Below, piece after piece: positions 48,155 to 58,757 of a stretch of DNA of 64,000 bases; within the stretch, counting starts at the first letter, position 1, and every line of letters starts with the position of its first letter. The translations under genes and the position numbers were made by a program. The DNA comes from an uncultured Candidatus Saccharibacteria bacterium (GTDB lineage: Bacteria; Patescibacteriota; Minisyncoccia; Phycocordibacterales; Phycocordibacteraceae), in the NCBI GenBank assembly GCA_964446735.1, contig CAYUQB010000001.1, forward strand, positions 380,460 to 444,459, written 5' to 3'. Under the pieces are notes generated by a model. The model did no database searches. It was not told the DNA's origin and was given only the letters and a program-made list of their open reading frames with translations.

Positions 48155-48949
48155 ATGCGCGCGAAGCAGGCACTCGGGCAGAACTTCCTCATGCACCAGG
48201 CGACCGCCGATCGTATTGCCGATGCCGCAGGACTATTGCCCGATGCGACAGTGCTCGAGATCGGACCAGGTACCGGAATCCTCACCCGCGCACTTCTTAG
48301 ACGGGCGGCACGAGTTATTGCAATCGAGACGGATCAAGATCTTATTCCAGGGTTGGAGGAAACATTTGCAGACGAAATCAGAGAGGGGAGACTCGAAGTC
48401 ATTAAAGACGACATACGTTCGTTCGATCTCTCCCGAATTACGAATGGGTATGCCGTAGTCGCAAATATTCCGTACTACATCACCGGTGAAATCATTCGCA
48501 CCCTTCTTTCAGCGTCCCATAAGCCCTCATCAGTGACACTCTTGGTGCAAAAGGAGGTTGCGCAGCGGGTGGCGCGCGAAAAGAAAGAGAGTTTACTTTC
48601 ACTTTCAGTAAAAATATATGGAACTCCTCGTTATGTCTTTACGGTGCCGCGTGGCGCGTTTCGACCAGCTCCTAACGTGGACTCAGCAGTGCTGCACATA
48701 GCAAATATCACCTCTCCGTTTAGAAATAAAGCTGAGGAAGTGCGTTTCTTTGAGATTCTTCATGCAGGCTTTGCACATAAACGAAAACGGTTGGCGAAGA
48801 ATCTTGAAGAATTCGCATCACAAGAACGCGTAATGGAAGCGCTTGAGGCAGCCGGTATTCCGCGTGACGCCCGAGCAGAAGATGTGCCGCTCGCGGCATG
48901 GGGGAAACTTTCGGGGATACTATCGGGACAACATGGGGAAAAGATGTGA
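48155..48949 (+). CDS. rsmA: 16S rRNA (adenine1518/1519-N6)-dimethyltransferase
   Basis: ALGQNFLMHQATADRI...VLEIGPGTGILT...ANIPYYIT. Confidence 0.85.
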   Translation: MRAKQALGQNFLMHQATADRIADAAGLLPDATVLEIGPGTGILTRALLRRAARVIAIETDQDLIPGLEETFADEIREGRLEVIKDDIRSFDLSRITNGYAVVANIPYYITGEIIRTLLSASHKPSSVTLLVQKEVAQRVAREKKESLLSLSVKIYGTPRYVFTVPRGAFRPAPNVDSAVLHIANITSPFRNKAEEVRFFEILHAGFAHKRKRLAKNLEEFASQERVMEALEAAGIPRDARAEDVPLAAWGKLSGILSGQHGEKM

Positions 48950-49018
48950 GTAGTGCACAGAAGTGCTCATGGTTTCCTCATGAAATAACGCCCACGTGCT
49001 AGTATTTTTGTATATACC

Positions 49019-50008
49019 GTGGCGTATTCTAACCGAACCATCGGCATCATCATCGCTTCGGCTATCTCGATAGTCCTTATTATCGGTGCCGTTTTGATCT
49101 CAGGTCCACTTCCATTCAAATGGAATCGGGTGAGCGCCACCTCAACGCATGATCTCCTCGTTTCATATGCATCTAAGGACACGGACGCGGATGGGTTGCC
49201 TGATTGGCAGGAGGCACTCTACGCAACAGACCCGAACGACGCCCACTCGGTTCGGGCTGACATCTTAGACGGGCAGGCCGTTGCCCAAGGATTGGTTGCG
49301 CCGAAGTTTGCTACAGCAACAACGACAACTGACACCACTGCAATACCGGGAGTAGAGAGCGGTCCTGATACCCTGACCGATCAGTTCGCACGTGAGCTTT
49401 TCACACAGTATGTGTCGCAGGCAGGGAATTCAACACCAACTCCCGAGACGATCGCTTCGTTTGTTGAACAGGCAGTTGCGAATCTCACCGCACGCAATTC
49501 AAGCGTAAACGAATTTGATCAGAGTGACGTTAAGACGAGTGGTACCGGAGAGGACGCATTGCTTGTGTACGCTGCACAAATTGAAGGAGTGTTTGCCAAA
49601 AATACAGCTCCATCTGAAAAAAGTGAAATCGAGTATCTCGCCGATGCGGTGCAGAAGAATGACAAGGCGGCACTCAAGGAAGTGAAGCGTATTGGTGCAA
49701 CGTACACCTCGCTCGCAAAAGGGTATGTTGCAACCGCGGTGCCGTCCGAGGCAGTGACCCCTCATCTTGAAGTGGCGAATGCACTCGCCCGTATTGGTAC
49801 CGATATTACCGACTTCTCAATGATGGATACGGATCCGCTTCGTGCCTATTTTGGTCTTGCCAAGTATCAAGAAGACGTCCCGAAGCTTGTGGCGGGTCTG
49901 AAGGCGCTGAATGCCGTGTACACGAGCGAAGGGGTAGTGGTCCCTGAAGGAACTTCCGGATTCTACTTCTTCAGACTCCTTACCCGCTCAGCAACACAAG
50001 AACTATGA
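49019..50008 (+). CDS. membrane-anchored hypothetical protein (first gene of T4SS-like locus)
   Basis: N-terminal TM IGIIIASAISIVLIIGAVLI; DTDADGLPDWQE calcium-binding-like repeat. Confidence 0.4.
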   Translation: MAYSNRTIGIIIASAISIVLIIGAVLISGPLPFKWNRVSATSTHDLLVSYASKDTDADGLPDWQEALYATDPNDAHSVRADILDGQAVAQGLVAPKFATATTTTDTTAIPGVESGPDTLTDQFARELFTQYVSQAGNSTPTPETIASFVEQAVANLTARNSSVNEFDQSDVKTSGTGEDALLVYAAQIEGVFAKNTAPSEKSEIEYLADAVQKNDKAALKEVKRIGATYTSLAKGYVATAVPSEAVTPHLEVANALARIGTDITDFSMMDTDPLRAYFGLAKYQEDVPKLVAGLKALNAVYTSEGVVVPEGTSGFYFFRLLTRSATQEL

Positions 50009-51507
50009 GTTCCCTCCGTAAACCCGTTGCGCTATTCCTTTGTGGACTCATAGTCGCAGGCGGTGCGGTTGGACTTGCTCCTCGACCGGCGCATGCGCAG
50101 TTGTTCGGAGCTTCCCTCGTCCTCGACCCGGTAAACCTTGTGCAGAATACAATCTCGGCGGTCGCGAACGCGAAGACCCTTCTCAATCCTATCTTCTATC
50201 GCATTGCACAGGCAGCCATTCAATCGATGGTGCGCAGTACCGTTAACTGGATAAACAATGGATTCGAAGGTTCCCCGGCATTCGCTACGGATCTTAAATA
50301 CACCCTCCTGGATGCAGCCGACCGGGAAGCGGAACGGTTCGTGCGACAGATTGGAAGCGACCTATCAATAAGCTCTCCGTTTCAGAATAGGATCGCCCAG
50401 AACGTACTTGCTGCATACTACCTGTCCACCAGTCGAGATGGGTTCGCACTCGCTAATCCCTATACGCTCAACCGGGTGAGCGAAGACGATGCGGCATTCT
50501 TGCGTGGTGATTTTACGAAGGGCGGGTTCTCGGCATGGTTCGCCGCCACGTTGAATCTTCCGAATACGCCTCGTGGCTTTAATGAACTAGCTCGTTCAGC
50601 GTTCTATGATCGAGTCGCCGATGTTAAAGGTCAGATTCACGAAGAAGTTGGGTGGGGGGATGGCTTTCTGTCCTGGCGTAAGTGTGACAAAGAGGGAACC
50701 AAACTCGTCGACAATTCGAAGACTTCCACTATTACGACACTTGATGGCAAGCAAGAGCAGCTTAAGACACTCAACCTGCAGGAAAAGAAAACCTGTCTTG
50801 AGAGTCACATTGAAACCCCCGGCTCAATTATTTCCTCAGCCGGGGCCAAGGCTCTCGGTCTCGGAGCAGATTCACTGATCCAAGCGGATAGTTTCGACGA
50901 AATCGTAAATGCGCTTCTTGGACAACTCATGAACCAGGTACTTGGTGGGGGAGGAGGGCTTCGTGGGGTATCACGTCCGTCAGCAGCACGGGGCGGCGGA
51001 ACCTACTTCGATCAACAAACAAGTACGACCGCGAGTGCTGGAGTCTCAGTCGTAAGTTCATTCACTCAGATACTCGACGAACAAGCGACACAAATCCAAA
51101 TATATCTGCGTAATTGGCAGACCATTAGTGCTGCTGCAGTGGCTGCGAAAGCTGCACTTGAAGCAAGCACCTGCACCGCTAACAAAGACTCAATTATTAG
51201 TACTCAGATAGAACCAGTTATTACTCGCGCAGCGACAATTGCAGGAAGTATACCCAGCGTACTTTCAGAGATTGAACGTATTCGCTCGTCAGCGTTGAGT
51301 GTCGTTACGGACGATACCACTGAGCAACTCACAGTGCTCCAGCAAGCAAATGCTGACTACCAAAATCTGCTATCTAATACCGCATTCCCAAGCGTGAGTG
51401 ATATGACATATGCGATAGAGCAGTCGCAAGACACCGGCAACGAAACACCCGCATCACTCCTTACGGAACTCAACCGCATTGCAGCACAAGCCCGGTGCAG
51501 TACCTAA
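50005..51507 (+). CDS. secreted hypothetical protein
   Basis: signal peptide ...GLAPRPAHA|QLF; 500 aa; 4-bp overlap with upstream gene. Confidence 0.4.
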   Translation: MSSLRKPVALFLCGLIVAGGAVGLAPRPAHAQLFGASLVLDPVNLVQNTISAVANAKTLLNPIFYRIAQAAIQSMVRSTVNWINNGFEGSPAFATDLKYTLLDAADREAERFVRQIGSDLSISSPFQNRIAQNVLAAYYLSTSRDGFALANPYTLNRVSEDDAAFLRGDFTKGGFSAWFAATLNLPNTPRGFNELARSAFYDRVADVKGQIHEEVGWGDGFLSWRKCDKEGTKLVDNSKTSTITTLDGKQEQLKTLNLQEKKTCLESHIETPGSIISSAGAKALGLGADSLIQADSFDEIVNALLGQLMNQVLGGGGGLRGVSRPSAARGGGTYFDQQTSTTASAGVSVVSSFTQILDEQATQIQIYLRNWQTISAAAVAAKAALEASTCTANKDSIISTQIEPVITRAATIAGSIPSVLSEIERIRSSALSVVTDDTTEQLTVLQQANADYQNLLSNTAFPSVSDMTYAIEQSQDTGNETPASLLTELNRIAAQARCST

Positions 51508-51511
51508 ACGT

Positions 51512-54500
51512 ATGGCAACGTACTTGCACATAATTCGCAGCCTTGGACTCGGGATACTGATAGCTGTATCCCTTCTGCTCTTTGCTGCTCCTAGTGCGAA
51601 TGCCGCCGATCCCGCTATCGCGATACCGAACGGGAAAACACTTAAACCAAACGGTCAGGTGTGTAAGGCTATCAACCCGCTCACCGGCATGCAGGATGGC
51701 TCAGTCGCACTGGTACTTGAGACCGGGGGATTCTGCCAGCTGCAGTTTACTGACGGCACGCAACTCACGGTTGAATTCAGTGCAGGGAAGCAGACCCAGA
51801 CCGGAACACTTCGGGATGCGAACGGTAAAACTATCGGTACCCCAGAAACGAAGTCGTGGATTGAAGGAGCGCAAGAAGCTGTTGATCAAGCGGCAGCGGC
51901 AACAACGGCAGCAGAGAAAAGCGCCGTCACTGCAGCACGTGCGGCGGTCGCTGCACCATCAACCGGAGCCCGAAATACGCCACTCTCAGCCAATGAAGCG
52001 ACCGCATTGTACAAAAAAGTTGAGTACTTGAGTTCCCGTAACCTCATAACGATCGCAGAAAGGGATAAGCTCAATAGCATCATATTTGCAGCAGGTACGG
52101 GGGGTGCGTCACAGGCACAGCTCGATAGTGTCCGAAAAATGGGGACGGCGGTCGATACACTTAATGCAAACGTTGGGCGGTCCGCCGACGTAAATACCGC
52201 TGCTAAAGAGGCAGCGTCTGCACAACAGGAGACCGCCGCTGAAGCAGAGAAGTCCTGCAACATTGTGAGTTTCAATCTTGGGACCTGTCTTCAGAGCATT
52301 ATGTGGGCAATTATTAAGAAAATCGGTCTTTTCTTCCTCTACCTCGCTGCATTCTTTGCTGGGTTTGCAGGCTTCCTCTTCAATTGGATTATTTACATAA
52401 CGGTATTTCAGTTTGGAAACTTGATTGGAAATAACGCGGGCATGCTTGCGGCATGGGGTGTACTGCGCGATATCGGCAATCTGGTACTTCTGTTCGGATT
52501 CATTTTCATGGGCTTGAGTACCATTCTGAGTCTTCCTGGAAATGAGTTCACCGCCCGTAGAGCACTTCCTGCCCTCATCATTTTTGCCATACTCATGAAC
52601 TTCAGCCTCTTCGCTGCAGAGGCGGTTATTGATACGAGTAACGCGCTGGGGACCACACTATACCGACAAGCCGCGAACGGCATGTGCGGGGAAGGTGAGT
52701 CAATGCTTACGTGTGTCACCCAAAAGGGAATCGGCGGACGCATCATGCAAATCACCGGAATCGCCTCAATATTTAGTCTCGACCCCGACAAAGAGGATGT
52801 GATCGCTAACGATGATCTTGGTGGAGCGATAGAAGTCATCGGCCTCACCATATTTGCGGCGGTCACTGCATTTGTGTTCCTGGCTGCGGTCTTCATGCTC
52901 ATTGCGCGTGCAATCATGCTCGCCTTCCTTATGGCGGTGTCGCCCATCGGATTTGCTGGCATGGCGATACCACCCCTTCACCGCTACGCCTCTATGTGGT
53001 GGGAACAACTACTCAAGCAGTCATTCTTTGCACCTATATATATCCTCCTGGTGCTTATTAGCATTAAATTCATGGAGGGAATTATCGTGGCGCTGAATGC
53101 CGCGGCAGGAGCAGGTAGCACCACTGAAGTTTCTACACTCGCAAGCGCCTTCAGCCGTTCTGGCATCACGAACGTGAGCATGGTGGTCAACTTCATGCTC
53201 ATTACTGGCTTCATGCTTGGTGCAGTCATAATCGCCAAAAGCATGGGTGCGGCAGGGGCAAGTGGCGCTACTCGCATGGCTGGTGCAGTGGTCTTTGGTG
53301 GTATGGCTCGGGCTTCAAACTTCGGCATCGGCGGAGCATCACGACTTGCACGACTAGGAGTACAGCGCACACTTGGCAAAAGCGACAGTGCATTCGTTCG
53401 TGGGATTGGTTCTGGTGCCTCAGCCTTTCTCAAGGGTGGTGAGAAACTCAACACTGACTTGCGTGGTGTAGCAGGGAAGCGCGGAGCGGACCTCTTTGGC
53501 GCTCCTGCACAAAAAGCATCGTATGACGACGTGCAGAACAAGATCCAGGAAGTACGAGAAGGTATTCGTGCGAATCAGGCTACATTCGATCGCGATGCCT
53601 CGCTCCAGCGCCTGCGAAGTGAGGTTGGTAGAAAGGGAGGTCTCTCTCCAGAAAGCGAGCGTTTCCTCGCAACCCTTTCTGCGGACGAAATTGCACACGA
53701 TCATGACCTTGAACACAAGATTGGAGATCTTGCACCGCTTCTGTCTGCAAGCCAGTTCGAAAACCTCACGCGCAGCGACAAGGTTCCGCAGAAACTCAAG
53801 GACGAGGCTCGTCGCGAACGCTATGCTGAACTCAAGGATGCAATTCTCAATTCTAGGAAGGGTGGTATACGCAAGATGACTCCAAAGGATCTCGAGCAGT
53901 TCTTCCTTTCGCCGATCTATGCAGAACTTAAGACGGAGAACGAAGAAGCACTCAAGGAATTCGTGACACTCATGAATGGTGGCCAGTACGATACTCTACG
54001 CGCAAGTACTGTGCTCACGAATGCACAACGTTCAGAAATCAAGAGGTGGCGCGATGATGATCGCTTCAACTTCGGTGAATTCAACGATCTCCGCAGTGGC
54101 AAGCAGGTTGAATTCAAGCAGGCTATCAGCATGGACGGTAACCGTAAGCCGCTCTATGTCGACCCATCCACGGGTAGAGTCACCGAAGATGTCACCTCAG
54201 TTAAGGCTACCCGTATCGACCGCACGCTCGACGATCTCAACACCGCCGATCGAGCAAAGCTTGAAGACAAGATCCTCGCTCGTGAGGAAGTATTTACGCG
54301 TCTCGCACCGGAAGACTTCGCCGCGATCCAGCGTGCCGACAAGCTCGAACCTCCGCAACGAAGAGCCGTCAGTGCTCACCTTAATGCTGTATTTAATGAG
54401 AAATCAGCTCGCGGCGATCGCTTCCGCGCGTACCGCGATACCATGAGCGATAATGCGTGGAAGTCGATGAAAGCCTTCTACCAACTTAGTACGGACAAAG

Positions 54501-54559
54501 CGAAGACGAAACGCTCGAAAGCAACAACTGACGATGGTAGCGACGACGGCACAACATGA
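51512..54559 (+). CDS. giant polytopic membrane protein, candidate VirB6/TrbL-like channel component
   Basis: signal/anchor, ~270-aa extracytoplasmic domain, 6-7 TM helices, ~450-aa charged C-terminal domain; ORF opens at 51479, start set at MATYLHII. Confidence 0.4.
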   Translation: MATYLHIIRSLGLGILIAVSLLLFAAPSANAADPAIAIPNGKTLKPNGQVCKAINPLTGMQDGSVALVLETGGFCQLQFTDGTQLTVEFSAGKQTQTGTLRDANGKTIGTPETKSWIEGAQEAVDQAAAATTAAEKSAVTAARAAVAAPSTGARNTPLSANEATALYKKVEYLSSRNLITIAERDKLNSIIFAAGTGGASQAQLDSVRKMGTAVDTLNANVGRSADVNTAAKEAASAQQETAAEAEKSCNIVSFNLGTCLQSIMWAIIKKIGLFFLYLAAFFAGFAGFLFNWIIYITVFQFGNLIGNNAGMLAAWGVLRDIGNLVLLFGFIFMGLSTILSLPGNEFTARRALPALIIFAILMNFSLFAAEAVIDTSNALGTTLYRQAANGMCGEGESMLTCVTQKGIGGRIMQITGIASIFSLDPDKEDVIANDDLGGAIEVIGLTIFAAVTAFVFLAAVFMLIARAIMLAFLMAVSPIGFAGMAIPPLHRYASMWWEQLLKQSFFAPIYILLVLISIKFMEGIIVALNAAAGAGSTTEVSTLASAFSRSGITNVSMVVNFMLITGFMLGAVIIAKSMGAAGASGATRMAGAVVFGGMARASNFGIGGASRLARLGVQRTLGKSDSAFVRGIGSGASAFLKGGEKLNTDLRGVAGKRGADLFGAPAQKASYDDVQNKIQEVREGIRANQATFDRDASLQRLRSEVGRKGGLSPESERFLATLSADEIAHDHDLEHKIGDLAPLLSASQFENLTRSDKVPQKLKDEARRERYAELKDAILNSRKGGIRKMTPKDLEQFFLSPIYAELKTENEEALKEFVTLMNGGQYDTLRASTVLTNAQRSEIKRWRDDDRFNFGEFNDLRSGKQVEFKQAISMDGNRKPLYVDPSTGRVTEDVTSVKATRIDRTLDDLNTADRAKLEDKILAREEVFTRLAPEDFAAIQRADKLEPPQRRAVSAHLNAVFNEKSARGDRFRAYRDTMSDNAWKSMKAFYQLSTDKAKTKRSKATTDDGSDDGTT

Positions 54560-55332
54560 TTCCCGACGAAACTGCCATTGATAAAGCCCTAGAGACCGCA
54601 CCGCAACCCGTGTCTGACTTCATCGTGGGTGGCCATCTCGCCAACGCGGTCGTCGCCATTGCGCATGAACACCAACTTCATGTCGATACAATCGGAACGC
54701 TCGCAGAGCTTTCTCGTAACATGCTCCTCGGACTTTCAAGCCCTGCCGAAACACTGGGCGAGCTCATTGTTGCAGGTGTGGACACTGCAACTGCACAAAC
54801 AGTGCTCGCAGACCTTAACGTGAAGGTGTTTATGCCAGTTCGAGACGCGGTGAAGACTGGTACTAATCCGTTCGCACTCGATCGGGATACAGATGAGACG
54901 CCCGAGGTACGCACGGCAGCTGTCGCACCCACACCTGCACCAGCGTCGTCCGCAAGGCCTTCCTCCCCGCCCCTCGTACCACCGCTAGAGCTTGTCGAAC
55001 GTCCGGTACCTGCACCTATTGTTCCGCCAGTGTCCGTAAGTCGGCCTGTCGAAGTTCCAGTGCCGAACGTCGTTGCACCCAACGTGGCAGCCTCAGGTCT
55101 GCCGGACGAAGCGGTACGCACGATGGCATCGGATATGCAGGCAGTGAAAGAACACCGCACGCCCACCCCAATAGTTCCTTCCGTGGTGATTCCAACGACA
55201 CAAGTACAGACAATAGCAGCACCGCCACTTCCTCCGACGCCACCTCGCACCGCACCTCCTCCGGCAAATCTTCCTGGTGCAGCAGCGGTAAAGCCATACA
55301 GTGTAGATCCGTATCGTGAACCGATAGAGTAG
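54556..55332 (+). CDS. hypothetical Pro-rich protein
   Basis: 258 aa; PTPAPASSARPSSPPLVPPLE and PPLPPTPPRTAPPPANLP tracts; translationally coupled to upstream gene. Confidence 0.35.
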   Translation: MIPDETAIDKALETAPQPVSDFIVGGHLANAVVAIAHEHQLHVDTIGTLAELSRNMLLGLSSPAETLGELIVAGVDTATAQTVLADLNVKVFMPVRDAVKTGTNPFALDRDTDETPEVRTAAVAPTPAPASSARPSSPPLVPPLELVERPVPAPIVPPVSVSRPVEVPVPNVVAPNVAASGLPDEAVRTMASDMQAVKEHRTPTPIVPSVVIPTTQVQTIAAPPLPPTPPRTAPPPANLPGAAAVKPYSVDPYREPIE

Positions 55333-55378
55333 AAAATTTTGTGCATACCGCTGCTAGAGCGCGGTATACTTACGTACG

Positions 55379-55801
55379 ATGGAGTACCAGGTACCGCAGT
55401 TCATCGAGGTAGAGGACAAGATTTTCGGTCCATTCACCCTAAAACAGTTTATCTACCTTGCTGGCGGAGGCGGTCTTTCAGCAGTCATTCTCCTGTATGT
55501 GCGTCCACTCTTTCTCGCATTCGTTCTTGTTGCACCTATCGCAGCGCTCTCTGCCGCACTTGCATTCTATAGAGTAAACAACAAGTCTTTTGTTGAGGTG
55601 CTCGAAGCAGCGTTCAACTATTACACCAAGGGACGTCTCTACCTGTGGCGTAAGGAGAAAAAGGAAGAGTCTGCTTCGGTTCCCCAGGCACCGACACCAG
55701 TAGTTCCCGAACGTCAAAAACTTGGCCTGTCCCAGCGCAAGCTTCAGGATCTGGCATGGTCGCTGGATATTAAGGACGCAAGTTCGAACCAGAATTCATA
55801 A
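55379..55801 (+). CDS. PrgI/VirB3-like small T4SS membrane protein
   Basis: MEYQVPQFIEVEDKIFGPFTLKQFIYLAGGGG + two TM helices; pattern shared by PrgI/TcpE-type proteins that precede VirB4. Confidence 0.55.
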   Translation: MEYQVPQFIEVEDKIFGPFTLKQFIYLAGGGGLSAVILLYVRPLFLAFVLVAPIAALSAALAFYRVNNKSFVEVLEAAFNYYTKGRLYLWRKEKKEESASVPQAPTPVVPERQKLGLSQRKLQDLAWSLDIKDASSNQNS

Positions 55802-55804
55802 GAT

Positions 55805-56443
55805 ATGCCTACTCCCCAAGCAGCGCAGGCATTCGTGCCCGTCAAAGAAGTCCGCAACGGTGTCGTTATCCTCAAGGAGGGAGGGTACCGGGGTATCCTC
55901 ATGTGCTCAGCAATGAACTTCGCGCTTAAATCTGAACCGGAGCAGGCAGCCATTATCGGAGGGTTCCAATCCCTCCTCAATACGCTCGATTTCTCAATCG
56001 AAATGGTCGTGCACTCTCGCCGTATGGACATTCGTCCATATCTCGCACTCCTTGAGGAGCGACTCGCGGCTCAACAGAGTGAACTTATGCGCATTCAACT
56101 ACGTGAGTACATTAGCTTCATTCGAGGATTTACCGAGAGTACCGACATCATGACCAAGCTCTTCTATGTAGTCGTGCCATATACCCCAGCGGTTGCAGTG
56201 AAGGTAAGTCAGGCATTCCCACTTCCAGGACGAAAGAAGGAAGGCGCTCAGGGAGCCACTGAATCATTCGAAGAGGATCGGGTGCAGCTTGAGCAACGCA
56301 TGCTTCTAGTTGCAAGCGGACTTTCGGCCGCAGGTATTCGCGCGGTTGCACTTGATACAGAAGAAATCATCGAGCTTCTATACCGTTCCTTCAACATTGG
56401 GCAAACCGAGACGCCAATACGTCTCGCTGAAGCCGGCATCTAA
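55805..56443 (+). CDS. VirB4-family ATPase, N-terminal portion (separate reading frame)
   Basis: VPVKEVRNGVVILKEGGYRGILMCSAMNFALKSEPEQAAIIGGFQSLLNT matches the N-terminal domain of Gram-positive VirB4 homologs (Tn916 Orf16/PrgJ/TcpF style). Confidence 0.6.
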   Translation: MPTPQAAQAFVPVKEVRNGVVILKEGGYRGILMCSAMNFALKSEPEQAAIIGGFQSLLNTLDFSIEMVVHSRRMDIRPYLALLEERLAAQQSELMRIQLREYISFIRGFTESTDIMTKLFYVVVPYTPAVAVKVSQAFPLPGRKKEGAQGATESFEEDRVQLEQRMLLVASGLSAAGIRAVALDTEEIIELLYRSFNIGQTETPIRLAEAGI

Positions 56444-56444
56444 T

Positions 56445-58265
56445 ATGGCACTCCTCGACTTCCTCTCCCGCTCAAAGAAAAATGAAGTACCGACTATGAC
56501 ACCGGTGCTTCCAAAGGATATTTACTCCCAGGGGGTGCTCGAGCTCGCTGACGCCATTGCACCAGCAGCACTTCAGGTAGGTTCAAAGGACATCGAGCTT
56601 GGTGAGAAGGTATCGCGTTCCTTCTACACGATCTCGTACCCTCGATTCCTCACTGATGGTTGGTTCATGGAGATCATTAATTTGGCACGAGAATTTGATA
56701 TTGGTATCTTTGTGCACCCAATCGAGACCGGACAAGCACTTCGTAACTTCCAAAAAAAGGTTGCCGAGGTCCAAAGCCAGATTAGTGAGCGAGAAGACAA
56801 AGGGTTGGTGCGTGATCCGCTTCTTGATACGGCGTACCAGGACCTCGAGAACCTGCGCGATCAACTTCAACAAGCACAAGAGCGCCTTTTTGATGTTGGG
56901 CTCTATATGACACTGTACGAAAAAAACCGCGAACTCCTGGACCGGGTGGAAGGGGAAGTGCGTGGAATTCTCGATGCCAAGCTGGTGTATACCAAACCGG
57001 CACTGTTCCAACAAGAGCAGGGGTTCCGCTCAACACTTCCGCTTGCGCTCGATGAGCTCGAGGTCCACTCGAAACTGAATTCATCCCCACTTTCGTCCGT
57101 CTTTCCCTTTGTCTCGTTCGATCTCACGAGCGACCGCGGCATTCTATTTGGCATTAACCGCCACAACTCCTCACTCATTCTGTTCGATCGATTCTCCCTT
57201 GAGAACTACAACTCAGTAGTGTTCGCAAAGTCGGGATCCGGAAAATCCTATGCGGTGAAACTGGAGATCCTCCGATCCTTGATGTTCGATACGGATGTCA
57301 TTGTTATCGATCCTGAGCGTGAATATGAGTACTTGGCGGAAGCGACTGGCGGAAGGAACTTCAACATTTCACTCTCAAGCGACCACCACATTAATCCGTT
57401 TGATCTCCCGCCGGTGCGGGAAGGGGAGGAGCCTGGTGATGTGCTCCGTGCAAATATCATTAACCTGGTCGGCCTCTTCCGACTCATGCTCGGAGGACTT
57501 TCTCCTGAAGAGGATGCGATTGTCGACCTTGCCATCACCGAAACATACGCGCTCAAAGACATCACGCCTGATCGTGATTTCACTGGCATGGAACCTCCGC
57601 TTCTTTCTGATTTCGAGGTTGTGCTCGCTGGTATGGAGGGTAGCGATTCTCTCGTACAACGACTCTCCAAGTACACCCAAGGAACGTGGTCAGGGTTTAT
57701 TAATCGCCCCACCAATATCGATATTAATAAGCAGTTCGTGGTGTTCTCCGTGCGTGATATGGAAGACGAGTTGAAGCCGGTGGCAATGTACATCGTGACG
57801 CATCACATTTGGAACTCCGTCCGAAGAGAATTGAAGAAACGACTCTTGGTGATCGATGAGGCATGGTGGATGATGAAATCACCTGACACCGCATCGTTCG
57901 TTGCAATGCTTGCTAAACGCGGACGCAAGTACTACCTCGGCCTCGCAACCATCACGCAGGATGTGGAAGACTTCCTTCATTCAGAGTATGGCGGCACCAT
58001 CATCAAGAACTCGTCGATTCAACTACTTCTCAAACAGTCTCCGACTGCAATCGATATGCTCAAGAGCGCGTTCAATCTTACCGAGCAAGAGAAATTCCTG
58101 TTGCTTGAGTCAGGAGTAGGCGAGGGGCTCTTCTTTGCAGGTCAGAAACACGTCGCCATAAAAATAGTCGCTTCCTACACCGAGGATCAGATCATCACCT
58201 CAGATCCCTCACAGCTGCTTGCTATCCGACGTGAGAAGGAACGCCTGCAGGGTCAGGGAGGTTAG
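56445..58265 (+). CDS. VirB4-family conjugation/T4SS ATPase, C-terminal ATPase portion
   Basis: Walker A VVFAKSGSGKSY, Walker B LLVIDEAWWMM, RKYYLGLATITQDVEDF; start overlaps upstream stop in ATCTAATATGG (frame +2). Confidence 0.8.
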   Translation: MALLDFLSRSKKNEVPTMTPVLPKDIYSQGVLELADAIAPAALQVGSKDIELGEKVSRSFYTISYPRFLTDGWFMEIINLAREFDIGIFVHPIETGQALRNFQKKVAEVQSQISEREDKGLVRDPLLDTAYQDLENLRDQLQQAQERLFDVGLYMTLYEKNRELLDRVEGEVRGILDAKLVYTKPALFQQEQGFRSTLPLALDELEVHSKLNSSPLSSVFPFVSFDLTSDRGILFGINRHNSSLILFDRFSLENYNSVVFAKSGSGKSYAVKLEILRSLMFDTDVIVIDPEREYEYLAEATGGRNFNISLSSDHHINPFDLPPVREGEEPGDVLRANIINLVGLFRLMLGGLSPEEDAIVDLAITETYALKDITPDRDFTGMEPPLLSDFEVVLAGMEGSDSLVQRLSKYTQGTWSGFINRPTNIDINKQFVVFSVRDMEDELKPVAMYIVTHHIWNSVRRELKKRLLVIDEAWWMMKSPDTASFVAMLAKRGRKYYLGLATITQDVEDFLHSEYGGTIIKNSSIQLLLKQSPTAIDMLKSAFNLTEQEKFLLLESGVGEGLFFAGQKHVAIKIVASYTEDQIITSDPSQLLAIRREKERLQGQGG

Positions 58266-58274
58266 TAGCGAGAT

Positions 58275-58757
58275 ATGGCAACGAGGGAAGCCGCGAAGGT
58301 AGCGTACCGAGTGAGCGGCATCCAGGAACTGTTACTTAAACTCACCGCGGTAGTTCTCGACGGTGTTGGGTTCTTGCTCATGCTCACTGTTATCGGCGAA
58401 GTGGGTACTGAGGTCATTGGTCTTACGGGTGATGCGCTCTTCTTTATTTGGTTCTGGATGCTTGGCGCAAAGTTCTTGACCGGTCAGGCGGGAAGGAAAA
58501 TAGTCACGTTAGCTGGAAACGCGCTTGTTGAGGCTGTTCCATTTGCTAATGGCGTCTATCCTGGCTTTTCCATTGCAGTATGGCGACTCGTAAAGATTAT
58601 GAAAGAAGAGGACGAAGAGGAAGCACGGAACGCTGCTCGGAAGGCACGACAGGAGGACGAAGCTCGTATTCGACGCGTGCAAGCGATTCTTGCTGAGCGC
58701 GCACGACGCCAGGCCGCCAATACCAATACCCAGGAACCGGAAAGACAGGCCGCGTGA
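58275..58757 (+). CDS. hypothetical membrane protein with charged coiled-coil tail
   Basis: 2-3 TM helices then EEDEEEARNAARKARQEDEARIRR. Confidence 0.35.
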   Translation: MATREAAKVAYRVSGIQELLLKLTAVVLDGVGFLLMLTVIGEVGTEVIGLTGDALFFIWFWMLGAKFLTGQAGRKIVTLAGNALVEAVPFANGVYPGFSIAVWRLVKIMKEEDEEEARNAARKARQEDEARIRRVQAILAERARRQAANTNTQEPERQAA

